NCBI GenBank assembly: GCA_038321865.1
Contig: JBBQFH010000047.1
Location: 1-15,564 of the forward strand
DNA: 15,564 nucleotides
DNA from: Gemmatimonadales bacterium
Lineage (GTDB): Bacteria; Gemmatimonadota; Gemmatimonadetes; Gemmatimonadales; GWC2-71-9
Direction of reading: 5' to 3'
Below are positions 5,721 to 13,686 of the stretch, piece after piece; the stretch's first letter is position 1, and each line of letters opens with the position of its first letter. Made by a program: the position numbers and the translations under genes. The notes under the pieces were generated by a model. The model made no database searches, had not been told where the DNA came from, and saw only the letters and a program-made list of their open reading frames with translations.

Positions 5721-8545
5721 CAGTAGTTATAGCCGAAGAAGAAGGAGACGAACGAACGATTCTGTTCCTGCAGCGACAGCCCGTAGCTGCCGAAGCCGCC
5801 GTCGCTGAAGCGCCGCCCGATGTCGAGCCGGAGCACCGCCAGCGGCGCGAGCGCGAGGCGCACGCCGAGGCCGTAGCTGCCGATGAGCGGCCGCGATGCA
5901 CGATCCCGGAACCAAGCCCGGCCAGCATCGAAAAACAACGCCCCCTGAAACTCGGGGAGGCGGAAGTCGCCGAACGGAAAGCCAAGGGTCAGGCTTCTCA
6001 GCACCGGGAAGCGAAGCTCCTGGTTGGCCATGTAGGCCTGGGACCCGACGATGTTGCCGAAATTGGGGTAGCCACGCAGCCCCATCGTCCCACCGATGTT
6101 GGCGCGGCGGGGCCGATCGCCGCTGCTGTAGAAACCGACGAGGCGCGTCGCGAAGCTCACACGGCGGCCGATGCGCAGATACTGTCGCAGATCGGCGCTG
6201 AGCAGGAAGCTGTCGAATCGACTATTGCTGAAATCGCTGGATACGCCGGCGGTCAGCGCGATCCGTCCGCCGTCGATGGGCCCCGACTCGATCCAGAGCG
6301 AATTATCACGGACGAAGCTGACGTAGTTCGATGCGATCCACCCGACCCGCCGCGGGGTCGCGACCGGCAGCGTGAAATCCACGCGGTCCGAGTGCTCGAG
6401 GACGACGCGACCTTCGATACGGGAGAATCGCGTCAGCGGATACCGGAGGAGACCAATACCGCCGTAGGCGGTCTCGTCGTAGGAGACGAATCGCTCACCC
6501 TCGTAATTCTTCCCCGCGCTTCGGAAGGCGCCGATGCCCCAGTTGACGCGATGCCGCTGGTTGAGGTAGATGCCGCTGAGGTTGAGGTTTTCGAGAAAAC
6601 TGCCGACATCCTGGCCCTGGAACGACGCGATGCTCGCGAAGATCAGGTTGTCACCGAGCAGGTCGCTCAGCAGGAACTCGGCACCCTGCACGCCGCCATA
6701 TCCCGGAATCACCAGCACGTCTCCAGCGGCGACGTCAAGCGTATAGCGCGAGTGATACGGCTGGCTCGATGCCTGGCCTGCGCTGTCCACGCCGGCCGGC
6801 CACTCCCACGCCGCGAGCGACGTCGGCGGCGGAGCGGCGAAGGTATTCGCCCGCGCCGCGCTGTCGGGGCGATAGGCGTAGATGTTGAAGCTGCCTTCAT
6901 GGAATCCGCCCACCAGCAGCCCGCGCGTTCCCGGAAGCGCCGCTGGGTCGAAGGCGCCGGTCCATGCAGACGTCTCGCGCCGGCCCGCGCCGCCGCTGTC
7001 CATGGAAAAAACGTTCAACACCCCGTCGCGATCGGAGGTGAAGTAGATGCGTCCGTCGGCGGCCCACGATGGCGACTCGTCCACCCATCTCCCGCTGGTG
7101 AGCTGACGCAGCTCACCGGTCACGAGATCGCGGCGAAAGACGTTCGCTGCCCCCTCCAGGCCCCCGGCGGCGCGGTCCGACGCGAAGGCGATCCACCGGC
7201 CGTCGGGGCTCGGCGTCGGGTCGGTGTCCTGGAAGCGGTCCTGCGTCACGGCCTCGAGGCGCCCCTCCGGCAGCCACACGCGATAGATGTCGGAGATGCC
7301 CGATTCGGCCAGTCCGCTGAAGGTGACCGATTTGCCGTCGGGCATCCACGCGGGCGAGAGGATGGATACGAGCGACGGGAACTGGTAGCGCCCGATCACC
7401 TTGTGACCCGCGAGATCCCAGACGATCAGGGCGTCCCGGTCGTGGTAGCGGGCGGAGAACAGCAGCAGGCCGCGGCGGGACGCGTCGATCCGGCTGTCGA
7501 ATGGGTGAAACGATTCCAGTCCCGCCGACCGGCCCGAGGCGGCGACGGTCCGCGCCTTCCCGCGCTCGAGTTCGCGGCGGTAGATCGTCAGGTAGCCGGT
7601 GATGGGCGACATGTACACCGCCTCCCCCATCGGGTCACCGGAAGAGTCGGCCATGAAGGCCGGCTTGATCGCGAGCTGGGCGACTTCCCTGGCCAGCAGC
7701 GGAAGTGGTTCGTGATCCTGAGCCGTCGGGTAATACGCCCGCCGCATCCAGAGCTGAAACTCCTCGCTGAGCTGCTCGAGGGTGCGACCGTAGATGGACT
7801 CGATCGCCTTCTCGAAGCTGTCGTGCCGGGCCAGCTCGCGGTAAACGACGGCCACGCGCCAGTCGCCGTAGGTCTGCGCGAGCCAGCGGTGAATCCTCCC
7901 GCCGAGTGGATAGACGATGAATCCGTCCACGTAGGTGAGCTGGCCCAGGGTCGGCAGCCGGCCGGTCAGCGTCATGTCACGCAGGATCATCTCGTCCCGC
8001 GCGTCCTCCCCGCCCGACCAGTATTCCGCCAGGCCCTCGGTCCACCAGAGCGGCAGGCGGATCTGCCCCCCGCGGGGTGACTGATAGTAGGCCTCGGTCG
8101 AGAAGCTCAACTGGAAGACGTGGGTGAGCTCGTGGCGAATCGTGTGCCGGAACTCGGCCAGGTTGCCTCGAAATGGCAGCGTCACGCGCCGCTTCAGGAA
8201 ATCGGTCGCGCCGAGCAGCCCTTCGGGAGGTGTAAATGGAAGAATGTTGGTCTGTTCGAAGTCGACGTGCGACGCGTAGACGACCAGCGGAATACGTACC
8301 GCCACGTCATGCCCAAACTTGAGCGCCAGGGTGTCGTAGCTCTCCTCGGCGTACGACAACGCGATACCGGCGATCTCGGCTTCGCTGGGGTAGTAATACA
8401 GGTCGACGTGGCGGCCCTTGAGCACCCGCCAGTCGAAGCGGCGATACTGAATCTTGTTCTGGCCGAAGGCAAAAAATTGCGCAACGGCCGGACGCAGCGG
8501 CATGAGCCCGACGACGACGGCAAGCGCGAGGGCACGCCACTTCAT
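5720..8545 (-). CDS. Omp85 (BamA/TamA superfamily) outer-membrane protein with N-terminal gluzincin peptidase and PD40/TolB-like propeller (941 aa)
   Basis: Signal peptide ending AVA-Q; HELTH (8134-8120) plus WWTEGLAEY; PD40 repeats (SPAWMPDG, DPTPSPDG, SPSWAADG); Omp85 lid motif LRGY (6079-6068), NQELRFP and FFDAG; C-terminal beta signal FFFGYNY. Confidence 0.88.
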   Translation of the reverse strand: MKWRALALAVVVGLMPLRPAVAQFFAFGQNKIQYRRFDWRVLKGRHVDLYYYPSEAEIAGIALSYAEESYDTLALKFGHDVAVRIPLVVYASHVDFEQTNILPFTPPEGLLGATDFLKRRVTLPFRGNLAEFRHTIRHELTHVFQLSFSTEAYYQSPRGGQIRLPLWWTEGLAEYWSGGEDARDEMILRDMTLTGRLPTLGQLTYVDGFIVYPLGGRIHRWLAQTYGDWRVAVVYRELARHDSFEKAIESIYGRTLEQLSEEFQLWMRRAYYPTAQDHEPLPLLAREVAQLAIKPAFMADSSGDPMGEAVYMSPITGYLTIYRRELERGKARTVAASGRSAGLESFHPFDSRIDASRRGLLLFSARYHDRDALIVWDLAGHKVIGRYQFPSLVSILSPAWMPDGKSVTFSGLAESGISDIYRVWLPEGRLEAVTQDRFQDTDPTPSPDGRWIAFASDRAAGGLEGAANVFRRDLVTGELRQLTSGRWVDESPSWAADGRIYFTSDRDGVLNVFSMDSGGAGRRETSAWTGAFDPAALPGTRGLLVGGFHEGSFNIYAYRPDSAARANTFAAPPPTSLAAWEWPAGVDSAGQASSQPYHSRYTLDVAAGDVLVIPGYGGVQGAEFLLSDLLGDNLIFASIASFQGQDVGSFLENLNLSGIYLNQRHRVNWGIGAFRSAGKNYEGERFVSYDETAYGGIGLLRYPLTRFSRIEGRVVLEHSDRVDFTLPVATPRRVGWIASNYVSFVRDNSLWIESGPIDGGRIALTAGVSSDFSNSRFDSFLLSADLRQYLRIGRRVSFATRLVGFYSSGDRPRRANIGGTMGLRGYPNFGNIVGSQAYMANQELRFPVLRSLTLGFPFGDFRLPEFQGALFFDAGRAWFRDRASRPLIGSYGLGVRLALAPLAVLRLDIGRRFSDGGFGSYGLSLQEQNRSFVSFFFGYNY

Positions 8546-8552
8546 GGTGGAC

Positions 8553-10601
8553 TCACCGGCGGATGGTTCGAATCAGGTCGCCCTGCACGATGTGGAGAAG
8601 CGGCCCGATGTTGCCGACGACGCGGCCGAAGACGGTATACACGCCGTCGAGATGCGGCTGAGCGCTGAGGTTGATGAACCACTGCCCCGCACCCGTATCG
8701 GGGCCCGACAGTGCCATCCCCAGCACCGGGACGTCGTATCGCACCCGGTTGATCTCGTCGCGGATGGCGCCGCCGGGGCCGCCCCAGCCATCGCCGCGGC
8801 GGTCACCGTCCTGCACGACGAAGTTCGGCACCACACGATGCCAGCGGTTGCCGTCGAAGTAGTGCCGGTCGACCAATCCGAGAAAATTGGCCACCGTCAG
8901 CGGCGCATCGGGCCCCAGCAGTTCGATCTCCACCGCGCCCCGGTCCGGCATTTCGATCGTAACGTGCGGGTGACTTACCGCGTACGTGTTGAACACGTAT
9001 CGACGCGCGATCTCCCGATAATCCTGAAGGGTGCGGCCGGTCTCGACCGGGTACGCCGGCCCCCACCGCCGCGCCGCCTCCGGCCAGCTCGCTTCGGCCC
9101 AGCGCCGCAGCAAATAGCTGGTCGGGCGTGCCGTGCGGCTCAGGAATTCAGTCTCGACGCGCGAGTGGCCGGCGGAAGAAAGCGCGGCGATGGCGGCCAG
9201 CGCACCCAGCGCGGACTGCGCGGCGTCGGGAAACGAGTCTCGCCCGCTCGCGGCATAGGCGGTGACGAGTGCCGGGATATCGACGGGATCGGGCATCTTC
9301 GCGAGCACATCCGCGGCGAGACTGCGGACCGCGGCGTCGCGGCTCGACAGCGCCGCTCTCGCCGCGATGAGCAGTCCGGCGGAAGGCGAGGCCGCGGCGC
9401 CGCTCCACGTCTGCAGCGCCGCGGCAACGACGCGCGGGTCCGGGTCGGCCAGGAACGGCGTCGAAGCCAGCCCCGCATGCGCCACTGCCTGCGCTACGGT
9501 GGCACGCTCCCGCCAGTCGGAGCTGGCGGCCCATGCTGCGATCGGCGTGCCGGCGGCCGCGCTGTCCACGCGCGCCAGGGCGATCAGCGCCTGCGACCGC
9601 ACCGCGAAGGGCTCGTGCCCGGCCAGCACACCCGCGAGCGCGGCGGCAGCATCGGCACCGCCGAGCTCGCCGAGGGTCATCGCGGCCTGTACCCGGACAT
9701 TCGGCTGTGGATCGCCGAGCCGGCTCGCTGCCCGGCCGGCGTAACGCGGGAGGTGAAAGGTCCCCAGGGTCCGGAGCCCGTTGATGCGCACACCGGCGTC
9801 GGCGTCGTCGGTGGCGTGTGCCGCAAGATCCGCCAGCGTGGCCGGCGCCAGCCCGGCCGAATCGGCGTACGCGCGCGTGAGCGCGCGGACGGCGCTCGCG
9901 CGCACGACGGCGTCGGCATCGCGGAGCGCGAGAATCAGGCGATTGCCCGCGGACGGCGGCCTGAGGCGGGCGAGGGAGAAGACCGCGCCCCGCCTGACGT
10001 CGTCCGCACTGTCGCCGGTGAGCGCCAGCAGTTCAGCCACCGGCGCTTCGCGTCCCAGGCGCCAGGACTCGAGCACGATCCGGCTGATCAACCGCTGGTG
10101 ATCGGCAAACTGGATCGGCGTGCGATTCTGCAGGACGCCCGAGAAGAACTCGCCGGCGCGCCGTCCCCCGATTCGCGCGAGCGCTGTGATCGTCTCGTCT
10201 GCTGATGGACCATCCAGGGCGGGTGGGTTCCGGATCCGCTCAATCAGCGGACCCACGGCGGCCGTGTCACGCAGCAGCCCGAGTGCGAACACAGCGGAAA
10301 CCCGGACCGTCGTGTCGGCGTCGACCAGCAAGGGAACCAGGAGCGCAACCCCCCGGTGGTCACCCAGACGGCCGGCGGAGAGCGCCGACAAGCTGCGGAC
10401 GATCGAATCGGGGGAGGTGAGGCCCGCCCGGAGCACCAGCTCGTCCCACCGCCGCGCATCCTCCGCGGCGAGGACGGGTGCCAGGGCCTCGATCGAGCCG
10501 CCCACCTGTGCATGCGCCGGGGCCGCGCCCAGCGCGGCTATCCAGACGATGGCGCCGAGGAACATGACGCAGCGCGAGCAGCGGGTGGACGGGCGATTCA
10601 C
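8553..10601 (-). CDS. Exported HEAT-repeat protein with C-terminal cyclophilin-type PPIase
   Basis: Repeated D.D..VR..A..ALG HEAT motifs; cyclophilin motifs APLTVANF, HRVVPNFVVQDGD, GMALSGPDTG and HLDGVYTVFGRV; signal peptide ending AHA-Q. Start GTG 10601 has GGAG upstream; alternatives are 10634 and 10565. Confidence 0.88.
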   Translation of the reverse strand: MNRPSTRCSRCVMFLGAIVWIAALGAAPAHAQVGGSIEALAPVLAAEDARRWDELVLRAGLTSPDSIVRSLSALSAGRLGDHRGVALLVPLLVDADTTVRVSAVFALGLLRDTAAVGPLIERIRNPPALDGPSADETITALARIGGRRAGEFFSGVLQNRTPIQFADHQRLISRIVLESWRLGREAPVAELLALTGDSADDVRRGAVFSLARLRPPSAGNRLILALRDADAVVRASAVRALTRAYADSAGLAPATLADLAAHATDDADAGVRINGLRTLGTFHLPRYAGRAASRLGDPQPNVRVQAAMTLGELGGADAAAALAGVLAGHEPFAVRSQALIALARVDSAAAGTPIAAWAASSDWRERATVAQAVAHAGLASTPFLADPDPRVVAAALQTWSGAAASPSAGLLIAARAALSSRDAAVRSLAADVLAKMPDPVDIPALVTAYAASGRDSFPDAAQSALGALAAIAALSSAGHSRVETEFLSRTARPTSYLLRRWAEASWPEAARRWGPAYPVETGRTLQDYREIARRYVFNTYAVSHPHVTIEMPDRGAVEIELLGPDAPLTVANFLGLVDRHYFDGNRWHRVVPNFVVQDGDRRGDGWGGPGGAIRDEINRVRYDVPVLGMALSGPDTGAGQWFINLSAQPHLDGVYTVFGRVVGNIGPLLHIVQGDLIRTIRR

Positions 10602-10630
10602 GAGCGGGCTCCGAGGGCTGAAGTTGCGCG

Positions 10631-11059
10631 TCACAGTCGAACCGGATCGGAAACGGCCACCAGCCGCTGGGTGACCTGTCCCGGCAGGCGCGACGGGCTC
10701 ATGCCGGCGTCGAGCGACACCAGGGAGGTCGTGGCGGTGGCAAGCAGCCGCCCCGAATCGGCGAGCTCGACCGCATAGCCGAAGGTGACGCGGCGCGACG
10801 CCAGATCGCGCACCCAGCAACGGATTCTGACCAGGTCGTCGTACCGGGCCGACGATCGATACCGCACCGCCAGGTCCGCGACGACCAATCGATACCCCAG
10901 CGCTTCCAGCTCACGGTAGCTCATGCCGGCCTGGCGGAGGTGCTCCGTCCGCGCGATGTCCAGCCACACGACGTAGCGGGCGTGGTAGACCAGGCCCATC
11001 TGGTCGGTTTCGGAGTAGTTGACCCGAACCAGCGTGGACGAAACGGGCTGGGATTCCAT
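10631..11059 (-). CDS. YbgC/FadM-family (4HBT, hotdog fold) acyl-CoA thioesterase
   Basis: Signature RVNYSETDQMGLVYHARYVVWLDIARTE, plus Y...ARYDD. Confidence 0.92.
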   Translation of the reverse strand: MESQPVSSTLVRVNYSETDQMGLVYHARYVVWLDIARTEHLRQAGMSYRELEALGYRLVVADLAVRYRSSARYDDLVRIRCWVRDLASRRVTFGYAVELADSGRLLATATTSLVSLDAGMSPSRLPGQVTQRLVAVSDPVRL

Positions 11060-11097
11060 TGGGAGTAGACGCTTTGAGGTGGCGCGGTCGCACGCCG

Positions 11098-11127
11098 TTG
11101 CCACTCGCGGCGAGGCGCCGGTATCTT
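11098..11127 (+). promoter_or_regulatory. Putative sigma70 promoter for the lpxH-like gene (leaderless geometry)
   Basis: TTGCCA (11098-11103), 18 bp spacer, TATCTT (11122-11127), only 5 nt before GTG 11133. Confidence 0.55.
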
Positions 11128-11132
11128 GGGCC

Positions 11133-11867
11133 GTGCTCGGACAAACCCTGGTCGTGCTCTCCGACGCCCACGTCGGCGCGGCGCCGGATGAGGTCGAGGA
11201 GGCGCTGATGGCGTTCCTGGATCTCGTTCCGTCCCTGGGCGACTGCCTGCTCGTGAACGGGGACCTGTTTCAGTTCTGGTTCAGCTATCGACGCGTCGTC
11301 CCCCGGCGCGGCTTCCCGGTCGCGGCTCGGCTGGCCACACTCGCGCGCACCCTGCCCATCGCCTTCGTCGGCGGCAATCACGACCGCTGGGGCGACCGCT
11401 TCTGGGCCGGTCAGCCGGGCATGCTCTTCGGGCGCCGGCAGCTGCGGTTCGAGATCGGGTCGCGTCGGGTCCTGGCGGTCCACGGCGACGGTCTCGGGCC
11501 GCAGCCCGGCATCCGCCCGTATCTGCATCGCGCGATCGGCTCGCCGATCACGTCGGCGCTGTACCGGCTCGTTCACCCCGATCTCGGCATGTGGCTGGCC
11601 AACGCCGCCGCGCCCCTGCTGGGTGGCGCACCCGCCGATCCGGCCGGCCGGGCGGCGAAGGCCGCGCGACAGCAGGCCTGGGCCGAGGGTACGCTGGAGG
11701 CGGAACGGTCGGTGGACCTGCTCGTCATGGGTCACACCCACGTCCCCGCCCTGCACCGCCGAGCCGATGGTCGCGAATACCTCAATCCCGGGGCCTGGAT
11801 CGACGGCCTCTGCTTCGCCGTGTCGGGCGCTGACGGCAGCGTCCTGCGCCAGTATCCAGGCAGCTAG
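11133..11867 (+). CDS. lpxH: UDP-2,3-diacylglucosamine diphosphatase-like calcineurin-type metallophosphoesterase
   Basis: Motifs SDAH, NGDLFQFW, GNHD, HGD, MGHTH and YLNPGAW. GTG 11133 places the DxH motif at about residue 11. Confidence 0.8.
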   Translation: MLGQTLVVLSDAHVGAAPDEVEEALMAFLDLVPSLGDCLLVNGDLFQFWFSYRRVVPRRGFPVAARLATLARTLPIAFVGGNHDRWGDRFWAGQPGMLFGRRQLRFEIGSRRVLAVHGDGLGPQPGIRPYLHRAIGSPITSALYRLVHPDLGMWLANAAAPLLGGAPADPAGRAAKAARQQAWAEGTLEAERSVDLLVMGHTHVPALHRRADGREYLNPGAWIDGLCFAVSGADGSVLRQYPGS

Positions 11868-12664
11868 CCGAGCGGAACGACTTCCGCCGCGTTCAACCGC
11901 TCGCCGATGAAGCGTGCGCCGACCGCCCGGAACCGCGCCTCGTCATCGCTGACGGCAAACCGGTGCGTCGGCTCCGCTCCCCGCGCTGCGGTCAGCCCTT
12001 CCCGCCGCAGTATCTCATCCACGACCTTCGCGGTTTCGGCTCCGCTGTCGATCAGCGTCACCGCATCACCCATCTCCGCCTGCAGCAGTGGCCGAAGCAG
12101 CGGGTAATGGGTGCAGCCAAGCACGAGGGCCTTCACCTGCGCCTCGCGCAGCGGCCGCAGGTAGTCAGCGGCGATGAGCCGGGCGGCCGGATGGTCGAAC
12201 CATCCCTCCTCGACGAGCGGAACCAGCAGCGGGCAGGCGCGCTGCTCGATGCTCACCGACTCGTCCCGCGCGCGGATGGCGCGGCCATAGGCATTGCTGG
12301 CGATGGTGCCCGCCGTGCCGATCACGCCGATCGGGCCGCCATGTGCCGCGGCGACCGCGGCGCGGGCGCCCGGCTCGATCACCCCAATGACGGGAACCGG
12401 TGACGCGGCACGCAGCGCGTCCAGCGCGTGAGCCGTGCTGGTATTGCAGGCGATGACGACCGCCTTGACACCCTGGCCGACGAGCCAGTCGAGGATTTCG
12501 AGACTGTAGCGCCGCACTGTCTCCGGCGATTTCGGGCCGTACGGCACCCGTGCCGTGTCACCGAAGTAGACCGTGGACTCTGCGGGAAGCCGCTCGTAGA
12601 TGGCGCGCGCGACCGTCAGCCCGCCGATCCCGGAGTCGAAGATTCCGATCGGCGCCTGGTTCAT
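11864..12664 (-). CDS. murI: Glutamate racemase
   Basis: IGIFDSGIGGL and YFGDTARVPYG, with both catalytic Cys motifs (ACNT and LGCTHY). Confidence 0.97.
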   Translation of the reverse strand: MNQAPIGIFDSGIGGLTVARAIYERLPAESTVYFGDTARVPYGPKSPETVRRYSLEILDWLVGQGVKAVVIACNTSTAHALDALRAASPVPVIGVIEPGARAAVAAAHGGPIGVIGTAGTIASNAYGRAIRARDESVSIEQRACPLLVPLVEEGWFDHPAARLIAADYLRPLREAQVKALVLGCTHYPLLRPLLQAEMGDAVTLIDSGAETAKVVDEILRREGLTAARGAEPTHRFAVSDDEARFRAVGARFIGERLNAAEVVPLG

Positions 12665-13197
12665 CGGAGGCGGAACGGGATGGTGCCGGCCGCGCCGATC
12701 CCCGTCGGCGTCGCCCGGATGTGCAGATCGCCGGGAAAGTCCCAGAGATGGGACGCCACGTAGGCCTCGAGGCCGGCCATCAGATGGTTGAAACCAAGCA
12801 ACACGAGCCAGTCCTCCCGCGAGCGCTTCTTCGCGGTCACGACGGACGAATCCGGTGTCTGGTCGGTGAGCCGCGCCGCCTTCACATCATGGTTGGCCTT
12901 CAGCGCGAGGCCGGCGAACGCCCCTTCGATGCCGACGAAGACCACCGCCGCGACCGGCCGGTGCAACGTCAGCTGGCCCCAGCCGGGGACCAGGAACGAG
13001 CGCAGGAACGCGCCGCTCGGCCCGACCGGCGCCTTGCGCTGTTCTGGTGGCGGGACAGGAGCCGCGGCACTGTCCGGTGTCTGAGCCCGCAGCGGTGGCG
13101 TTGACACGCCGAACAGAAGGACGAGCAGGCCCGCGAGAGGCGCGGCACCCCGTCGCCGGCCTGAAAGATGGCGGGAGCGTGTGGGAATCGAACCCAC
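12661..13197 (-). CDS. DUF5683-like membrane/exported protein; start uncertain (GTG 13197 inside tRNA-Sec, or 13107/13275/13287)
   Basis: AFLRSFLVPGWGQL signature, hydrophobic helices and the LEAYVASHL motif; stop overlaps the murI ATG (ATGA); signal-like segment RRRGAAPLAGLLVLLFGVSTPPLRA-Q. Confidence 0.7.
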   Translation of the reverse strand: MGSIPTRSRHLSGRRRGAAPLAGLLVLLFGVSTPPLRAQTPDSAAAPVPPPEQRKAPVGPSGAFLRSFLVPGWGQLTLHRPVAAVVFVGIEGAFAGLALKANHDVKAARLTDQTPDSSVVTAKKRSREDWLVLLGFNHLMAGLEAYVASHLWDFPGDLHIRATPTGIGAAGTIPFRLR

Positions 13198-13266
13198 CGG
13201 AGCTGTCTTGGACACCTCCGTCGCGGTTTTGAAGACCGGCCGAACCACCAGGCCCGATCCGCCCCC
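13169..13266 (-). tRNA. selC: tRNA-Sec (anticodon TCA), 98 nt, CCA encoded
   Basis: GGGGGCGG-AT-CGGGCC/TGGT/GGTTCG (6-bp D stem, 4-nt loop); anticodon loop CTTCAAA; long variable arm CGGAG..TGTC-CAA-GACA..CTCCG; T arm GTGGG-TTCGATT-CCCAC; 3' ACGCTCCC-G-CCA with a G discriminator. Confidence 0.93.
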
Positions 13267-13283
13267 TTGAGGCATCTGTCGGC

Positions 13284-13670
13284 TCAACGTGGCGCGGCTC
13301 GCCGGGCAACGACCTCGATCTCGACGCTGACCCCCCGCGGGAGGCCGGCGACCGCGACGGTGCTCCGCGCCGGACGGTGATCGCCGAACGCGCGAGCGTA
13401 GACGTCGTTCATCGCCTTGAAGTCGGCCATGTCGGTCAGGAACACGGTGGTCTTGAGGACCGACTGCAGATCGGTGCCGGCCGCGTCCAGGATTGCGCGG
13501 AGGTTGGCGAACACCCGCTCGCTTTGCTCCGTGATTCCCCCGGCCACGATTTCGCCGGTGTCGGGATCGAGCGCGATCTGACCCGCGGTATAAACCAGCC
13601 CGTCGCTGACCGTGGCCTGGCTGTAGGGACCGATCGCCCTGGGCGCGCGCTCGGTGGACACAAACTCCAT
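13284..13670 (-). CDS. ridA: RidA/YjgF family enamine/imine deaminase
   Basis: APRAIGPYSQA, GQIALDP, KTTVFLTDM, PARSTV and LP.GV.VEIE; SD GGAGG. Confidence 0.95.
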   Translation of the reverse strand: MEFVSTERAPRAIGPYSQATVSDGLVYTAGQIALDPDTGEIVAGGITEQSERVFANLRAILDAAGTDLQSVLKTTVFLTDMADFKAMNDVYARAFGDHRPARSTVAVAGLPRGVSVEIEVVARRAAPR

Positions 13671-13686
13671 TACCGCCTCCTCGAGA

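Noticed and set aside
5603..8080. 825-aa + strand ORF
   Set aside because: Antisense shadow of the Omp85 gene, expected from GC-rich codon bias; no recognisable motifs.
8454..10205. 583-aa + strand ORF
   Set aside because: Arg-rich antisense shadow of the HEAT-cyclophilin gene.
10635..10820. ORF-track N-terminal extension of the HEAT-cyclophilin protein
   Set aside because: It overlaps the thioesterase gene and lies upstream of the signal peptide.
11019..11132. ORF-track N-terminal extension of the lpxH-like gene
   Set aside because: It overlaps the divergent thioesterase start and the predicted promoter; the family's DxH motif normally lies near the N-terminus.
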